64,000 bases of DNA, from positions 41,803-105,802 of the forward strand of contig CAJTKB010000001.1 in NCBI GenBank assembly GCA_910576925.1. Reading direction: 5' to 3'. Origin of the DNA: an uncultured Bacilli bacterium. GTDB taxonomy: Bacteria; Bacillota_I; Bacilli_A; RF39; UBA660. A program made the translations under genes and the position numbers. The notes under the pieces were generated by a model. The model had not been told where the DNA came from, made no database searches, and worked only from the letters and a program-made list of their open reading frames with translations. Numbering within the stretch: position 1 is the stretch's first letter; each line of letters begins with the position of its first letter. Of the stretch, positions 59,031 through 64,000 are shown in pieces.

Positions 59031-60995
59031 ATGAAGCATTTAAAAAAATTAAGAAACATTTGTTTATTTGGAATTCTTGGTTGTTTTGTTCTTTTTATTA
59101 GTACTATTTTATATGCTAAGTTTTCTCCAAAACTTGAGATACGTGCTGCTAATAGACTCGTTCTTTATGATAGTGAAGATATGGTGTTTTTCCACGGTAG
59201 TGATAATAAGGAATGGGCTAATTTAAGTGATATTTCTAGTAATGTAATTAATGCTACGATCTCTACTGAAGATAAAAATTTTTATAAACATAAAGGATTT
59301 GATATTCTTAGAATTTTAAAGGCTACTTATATAAATATTGTTAATAGAGCTACTAAACAAGGAGCTTCAACTATTTCTCAACAATATGCCAAAAACTTGT
59401 TTTTAGATTTTGATAAAACTTGGAAAAGAAAGTGGGATGAAGCTTTATATACAATTAGACTAGAGGCTAACTATAGTAAAGATGAGATATTAGAGGGATA
59501 TTTAAATACAATTAATTATGGACATGGAATGTATGGAATTGAAAATGCTAGTCACTTTTATTTTAATAAGGATGCAAAAGATCTTACTTTAGCTGAAGCA
59601 AGCATTTTAGTTGGAGTTCCTAAGTCGCCTAGTAATTATTCTCCATTAGTAAATTTGGAAATTGCTAAAAAAAGGCAAAAGATCATCTTAGATTTAATGG
59701 TTAGCAATTCTTATATAACAAGAGAGGAAGCTGATAAGGCATATAATGAGGAACTTCAATTTTATGGTAAAAAGGATGAAAACAATTCTACAACACTTAT
59801 GTATTATCAAGATGCTGTCTTAAATGAATTAAAAAATATAAGTAGTATTCCTAAAAACTATACACAAACTAAAGGTTTAAAAATTTATACTAATTTGGAT
59901 CTTAAGGCTCAAACTGAGCTTGAAAAGAATATCAATGAGAGTTTACAGGATGATGCTGAACTTCAAGCTGCTGCTATTATGATGAAGCCAGATACTGGAG
60001 AAATTGTTGCTCTTGTTGGAGGAAGGGATTATAATACTTCCCAGTATAATCGAGCTACTACTGCTAAAAGACAAGTTGGTTCTACTATGAAACCATACCT
60101 TTATTATGCGGCTCTTGAAAGTGGATTTACTACTAGTAGTTCATTTACTAGTGAAAAGACTACATTTACTTTTTCTGAAAGAGATGATTATTCGCCTAAA
60201 AATTATAATGAAAAGTATGCTAACAAGGCTATTTCTATGGCAACTGCTGTTAGTTATTCAGATAATATTTATGCTGTTAAGACTAATTTGTTTTTAGGGA
60301 GTGATGCAATGATTAATGTAGCAAATAGGGTAGGGATAACAGCTAAACTAGAAGATGTTCCATCACTTCCTTTAGGTACAAATGAGATTAGTATGATTGA
60401 AATGACAGCAGGATATGCGGCGTTTGCTAACTTAGGTTATAAAGTTATTCCTCACTTGATTAGAAAGGTAGAGGATGAAAATGGGAATATACTTTATGAG
60501 GCACCAAATAGTAAAAGTTTAGTACTTAATTCTAGTATTACGTTCATTTTGAACAATATGTTAACTGCAACTTATGATCCTCTTTATATTGATTATAATT
60601 ATCCAACTGCTATTGGGCTTGCTTCAAAACTTAAGCATACATATTCTTTAAAGAGTGGGACCACTGATACTGATGAGTGGTATATTGGTTATAATAAAGA
60701 TATAGTAACTTCTGTTTGGCTAGGATATGATGATAATAAAAGTATTCCTAGTAAGGCTCCTACATATGCACAAAATATTTGGTATAAAAGTATAGAAAGT
60801 TATGAAGAGGGGAAAGAAGATCAGTGGTATGAGAGACCTGATAATGTGTCAGCTGTATTAGTTGATCCTATTTCTGGTCAGATAGTTGATGAAAATGCTG
60901 ATAAAAAGAAATTAATGTATTTTATAAAAGGAACTGAACCTAGCAATAGTCAAGTAGTATTTGATGAAAAGCTTAATAATAGTAGAGCAGAGTAA
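59031..60995 (+). CDS. Class A penicillin-binding protein (transglycosylase/transpeptidase)
   Basis: GT51 motif EDKNFYKHKGFD. Transpeptidase motifs STMK, SYSDN, KSGTT. N-terminal TM anchor. Confidence 0.85.
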   Translation: MKHLKKLRNICLFGILGCFVLFISTILYAKFSPKLEIRAANRLVLYDSEDMVFFHGSDNKEWANLSDISSNVINATISTEDKNFYKHKGFDILRILKATYINIVNRATKQGASTISQQYAKNLFLDFDKTWKRKWDEALYTIRLEANYSKDEILEGYLNTINYGHGMYGIENASHFYFNKDAKDLTLAEASILVGVPKSPSNYSPLVNLEIAKKRQKIILDLMVSNSYITREEADKAYNEELQFYGKKDENNSTTLMYYQDAVLNELKNISSIPKNYTQTKGLKIYTNLDLKAQTELEKNINESLQDDAELQAAAIMMKPDTGEIVALVGGRDYNTSQYNRATTAKRQVGSTMKPYLYYAALESGFTTSSSFTSEKTTFTFSERDDYSPKNYNEKYANKAISMATAVSYSDNIYAVKTNLFLGSDAMINVANRVGITAKLEDVPSLPLGTNEISMIEMTAGYAAFANLGYKVIPHLIRKVEDENGNILYEAPNSKSLVLNSSITFILNNMLTATYDPLYIDYNYPTAIGLASKLKHTYSLKSGTTDTDEWYIGYNKDIVTSVWLGYDDNKSIPSKAPTYAQNIWYKSIESYEEGKEDQWYERPDNVSAVLVDPISGQIVDENADKKKLMYFIKGTEPSNSQVVFDEKLNNSRAE

Positions 60996-61047
60996 TATTT
61001 TCCTTTTTCTTTACATATTCTTATGATGTATAGGAAAGGATGATTTT

Positions 61048-61368
61048 ATGAATAACAATTATATGTATCCTAATTATCAAGGAAATAATATGGGAAGTAA
61101 TATAGGTAATGTACGTTTCAATCAAATGAGAGGTAATAATCAAATGCAAGCATATGATGGTGTTCTTTCTTCTCATATAGGTAAAGCTGCATCATTTTAT
61201 TTAACTTTTAGTGATTCTACAGAGTGGAGAGATACTATTTTTAAAGGAACTATTCAGGATTCTAATGATGATTATACTCTTATTACAGATGCAACTACTG
61301 GAAAACCTATTCTAGTTTGGAATAAATATATTAATTATATTATCTTTGATGAAAATGTAAATTTATAG
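61048..61368 (+). CDS. gerQ: Spore coat protein GerQ-like
   Basis: N/Q/M-rich N-terminus, then FYLTFSDSTEWRDTIFKGTIQD...ILVWNKYINYIIFDE, similar to the B. subtilis GerQ C-domain. Confidence 0.55.
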   Translation: MNNNYMYPNYQGNNMGSNIGNVRFNQMRGNNQMQAYDGVLSSHIGKAASFYLTFSDSTEWRDTIFKGTIQDSNDDYTLITDATTGKPILVWNKYINYIIFDENVNL

Positions 61369-61370
61369 AA

Positions 61371-61398
61371 AAGGACTAGTATCCTTTTTTTTTATTTG
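61371..61398 (+). terminator. Rho-independent terminator
   Basis: AAAGGACTAGTATCCTTT followed by TTTTTTT. Confidence 0.5.
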
Positions 61399-61431
61399 AT
61401 ATAATTTGAGTGTAGAAAGGATACAGTAGTT

Positions 61432-61950
61432 ATGAAGTTAGTAGAAGTATTAATTATTACAGCAATAGTGGGGATTTTTATTTTATTTATTGTTTATTCT
61501 ATTATAAAGACTAGAAAGAATTCTAGTAGAATAGTATTAAAAATAGAGGAGGCTTCCGCTGAAATAGATATTCATCTAAATAGGGGAGTTGAGTTATTAG
61601 AAGATACTACTAAATATATAACTGAAGAAGATTATATTGAAGATTTTCATAAAATAAATTTTAAAGTAATGGGTAGTGATGAAATTTATCAAATTATTAA
61701 AAAATATAATACTATATTAAAAAATAAAATATTAGAAAATGAAGATTTAAATAAAAATAGTGATTTTTTTAAAGTTGCTGATAGTTTTAGAGAAACAATT
61801 AGTTATATTGATGGTTCTGTTAAATATTATTCTTTTAATGTAGAAGAATATAAAAATATATTTAATAGATTTCCTGCTAAGTTTGTTAAGATATTTTGTG
61901 GATATAGAGATTTTGTGGATTTTAAAGAAGAAAAAATGGGAAAATTATAA
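61432..61950 (+). CDS. Hypothetical membrane-anchored protein
   Basis: N-terminal TM helix, 172 aa. Confidence 0.4.
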   Translation: MKLVEVLIITAIVGIFILFIVYSIIKTRKNSSRIVLKIEEASAEIDIHLNRGVELLEDTTKYITEEDYIEDFHKINFKVMGSDEIYQIIKKYNTILKNKILENEDLNKNSDFFKVADSFRETISYIDGSVKYYSFNVEEYKNIFNRFPAKFVKIFCGYRDFVDFKEEKMGKL

Positions 61951-61985
61951 TTTTTCTAATATTTATTAAGCTTTGTGTAATAAAA

Positions 61986-62014
61986 AATTTCCTACAATTT
62001 TTAGGAAATTTTTT
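61986..62014. terminator. Bidirectional terminator between convergent genes
   Basis: AAATTTCCTA-loop-TAGGAAATTT with flanking A and T runs. Confidence 0.5.
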
Positions 62015-62672
62015 ATATTTGCCAATTTATTGGTTTTATACCTTTGTTTATTAAATAGTTATTAGCTTTAGAAAATGGTTTACTTCCAAAGAAGCCATTT
62101 CTTGCTGAGAATGGAGAAGGGTGGGGGGACTCAATAATATAGTGATTAGCATTCGTTATTAATGACTTTTTACTTCTAGCATAATTACCCCATAATATGA
62201 ATACTACTGGTTCTTTTTTCTCATTTATTATTTTTATGACATTATCAGTAAATATTTCCCAACCCTTTTTTTGGTGAGAGGCTGGGCTATCTTTAATAAC
62301 TGTTAAAACAGAGTTTAGTAATAATACTCCTTGTTCAGCCCAAGGTACTAATGAATTATTTTGAGATATTTTTATTTTTAAGTCTTCTTCAATTTCCTTA
62401 AAAATGTTTTGAAGTGAGGGTGGTCTTTTGATATTATTATTTACTGAAAAGGATAATCCTTGAGCTTCATTTTCTCCATGATATGGATCTTGTCCTAATA
62501 TTACAACTTTTAAATTTTCATATTTTGTGTGCCTAAATGCATTGAATATCTCACTTTTTGGTGGATATATTGTTTTTTCTTGATATTCTTTATTAACAAA
62601 GTCTAATAATTCCTTAAAATATTCCTTTTCATATTCTTCTTTTAAATATAAGTCCCAACTATTTCCTATCAT
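62013..62672 (-). CDS. ung: Uracil-DNA glycosylase (family 1)
   Basis: ILGQDPYHG water-activating motif. HPSPFSA. Confidence 0.9.
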   Translation of the reverse strand: MIGNSWDLYLKEEYEKEYFKELLDFVNKEYQEKTIYPPKSEIFNAFRHTKYENLKVVILGQDPYHGENEAQGLSFSVNNNIKRPPSLQNIFKEIEEDLKIKISQNNSLVPWAEQGVLLLNSVLTVIKDSPASHQKKGWEIFTDNVIKIINEKKEPVVFILWGNYARSKKSLITNANHYIIESPHPSPFSARNGFFGSKPFSKANNYLINKGIKPINWQI

Positions 62673-62684
62673 ACTATACCTCCT

Positions 62685-63140
62685 TTATTTGTGATAAGTT
62701 TCATTATTATTTATTTTATATGCTCTATATATTTGTTCTAGTAAAAATACCCTAAAGAGCTGATGAGGAAAAGTTAGTCGTGAAAATGATATTTTTTCAT
62801 TAGCAATTTTTGATATTTCTTCTGATAAACCTAGGCTTCCTCCTATTATAAAAGTAATATTTGAATAATCAATACTAATTTTATCTAACTTTTCAGCAAA
62901 GGAGATAGATGTATATTCCTTTCCATTTATTTCTAATGTTATAATATAATCCTTTTTATTTATATGTTTTAATATATTAAGAGCTTCTGTTTTGATAACT
63001 TTCTTTTCATCTGGAAACGATTCGTCTGGCAACTCTATTATTTCTATATTAGTATATTTTTTTATTCTCTTAGTGTATTCTATAATGGCTTCTTTCAAAT
63101 ATTTTTCTTTTATTTTGCCTACACATATTATTCTAATCAT
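62685..63140 (-). CDS. rlmH: 23S rRNA (pseudouridine1915-N3)-methyltransferase RlmH
   Basis: MIRIICVGKIKEKYLKEAI... SPOUT fold. 151 aa. Confidence 0.9.
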   Translation of the reverse strand: MIRIICVGKIKEKYLKEAIIEYTKRIKKYTNIEIIELPDESFPDEKKVIKTEALNILKHINKKDYIITLEINGKEYTSISFAEKLDKISIDYSNITFIIGGSLGLSEEISKIANEKISFSRLTFPHQLFRVFLLEQIYRAYKINNNETYHK

Positions 63141-63148
63141 ATTTACCT

Positions 63149-63925
63149 CTATACTTCTATTAATGGGCTTGCCTCATTTTGATGGGCTATTAGTATTTCT
63201 ATATTCTTTTCTTCTAAGGCTTCCTTTGTAGTATTATATGCTAGTGTTTCATTGTTATTTTTTTCACTTAAATGTGCTAGTAGAACATATTTAGTATTAT
63301 CTCCTGTTATTTCTTTTAAGTATTTTGCTGTTGTATTGTTTGATAGATGACCTCTGTCACTTATTACTCTTTGTTTTAAAAAGGAAGGGTAGGGGCCATT
63401 CATTAACATTTCTTCATCGTGATTGCTTTCTATTAAATATATGTATTTATTTTCTAACATTTTTAGGTATTTTCTATTAATATAACCTGTATCTGTTATA
63501 TAAACTAGACTTTTTTTATGATAGGTTATGATATAGCCTACAGAATATGCTGTATCGTGAGAAGTTGGAATAAGTTCAAGTTCTACATCAGCTATTTTAT
63601 TTTTTTCTTCTATAAAAATTATTCTATTAAGTGGTACTATATTTTTTAATTCATCATACATTTTTTTAGTAATCATTATTTTTAGATTAGTGTGTTTAAT
63701 TATTCCATCTAGTCCTTTTATATGGTCATTGTGAGAGTGAGTTATTAATATTCCAAAAAAAGAAGAGAAATCTAAATCATTTTCTTCTAATCTTCTTTTT
63801 AGTGTTCTTTGAGAAATACCAGCATCTATTATTAGATTTATTTTTCCGCATAAGACTATTGCACAGTTTCCTTTGGAACCGCTTGCTAGAGTTTGGAATT
63901 TTAGATTAGTACATTGACATTGCAT
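63149..63925 (-). CDS. yycJ: MBL-fold metallo-hydrolase (YycJ/WalJ-like)
   Basis: THSHNDHIKGL metal-binding motif. Adjacent to rlmH as in Firmicute wal loci. Confidence 0.75.
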   Translation of the reverse strand: MQCQCTNLKFQTLASGSKGNCAIVLCGKINLIIDAGISQRTLKRRLEENDLDFSSFFGILITHSHNDHIKGLDGIIKHTNLKIMITKKMYDELKNIVPLNRIIFIEEKNKIADVELELIPTSHDTAYSVGYIITYHKKSLVYITDTGYINRKYLKMLENKYIYLIESNHDEEMLMNGPYPSFLKQRVISDRGHLSNNTTAKYLKEITGDNTKYVLLAHLSEKNNNETLAYNTTKEALEEKNIEILIAHQNEASPLIEV

Positions 63926-64000
63926 TTAATACTCTTCCTCCATAATATGGATATCCTGTCCAAATTGAGAAGTGTAGATGTACTCCAGTGGCATATCCTG
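63906..64000 (-). CDS. Partial CDS (C-terminus only); M23-like HLHF motif
   Basis: Minus-strand frame ...GYATGVHLHFSIWTGYPYYGGRVLNAMSMY* overlaps the yycJ start. The N-terminus lies outside the window. Confidence 0.25.
   Translation of the reverse strand, partial: GYATGVHLHFSIWTGYPYYGGRVLNAMSMY

Overview
AT-rich (about 27-30% GC) chromosomal segment from a spore-forming low-GC Firmicute of class Clostridia. The taxonomic call rests on the gene set (spoIIQ-spoIIID-mbl, spoIIR, gerQ-like, agrBD) and codon usage, not on any search. Most of the window is conserved core on the minus strand: uvrA (partial) and uvrB, ftsE-ftsX-M23 peptidase, two YitT paralogs, prfB (with the classical +1 frameshift site CTT TGA C), secA, hpf, cspA, an agr quorum-sensing locus, tagO, mbl, spoIIID, spoIIQ, rpiB, rpmE, murA, mntP, spoIIR, prmC-prfA, rpoE(delta), ywiB-argS, a class A PBP, gerQ-like, ung, rlmH and yycJ. 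Accessory material is concentrated in three places. (1) About 1.7 kb carrying a tandem-GNAT gene is wedged between uvrB and uvrA. (2) Between uvrB and ftsEX (5.2-16 kb) lie IS-remnant direct repeats flanking a stand-alone CHC2 zinc-finger gene, plus a 1310-aa surface protein with discoidin domains and a transglutaminase-like core. (3) A roughly 15-kb degraded integrative island (22.2-37.6 kb) sits between prfB and secA. The island carries a D12 (Dam-like) adenine MTase, a second MTase, a three-gene operon ending in a PD-(D/E)xK nuclease-like protein, a candidate type I toxin-antitoxin, a DUF488 / radical-SAM SplB-like / GNAT-YoaP cluster, a WYL regulator, an AraC regulator, CPBP immunity-like proteins, several pseudogenes with in-frame stops, a RepA_N-like remnant and a truncated tyrosine-integrase remnant next to a strong bidirectional terminator. 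The agr locus carries an exact 1313-bp tandem duplication of the agrC-like histidine kinase. No rRNA, tRNA or CRISPR array was seen.
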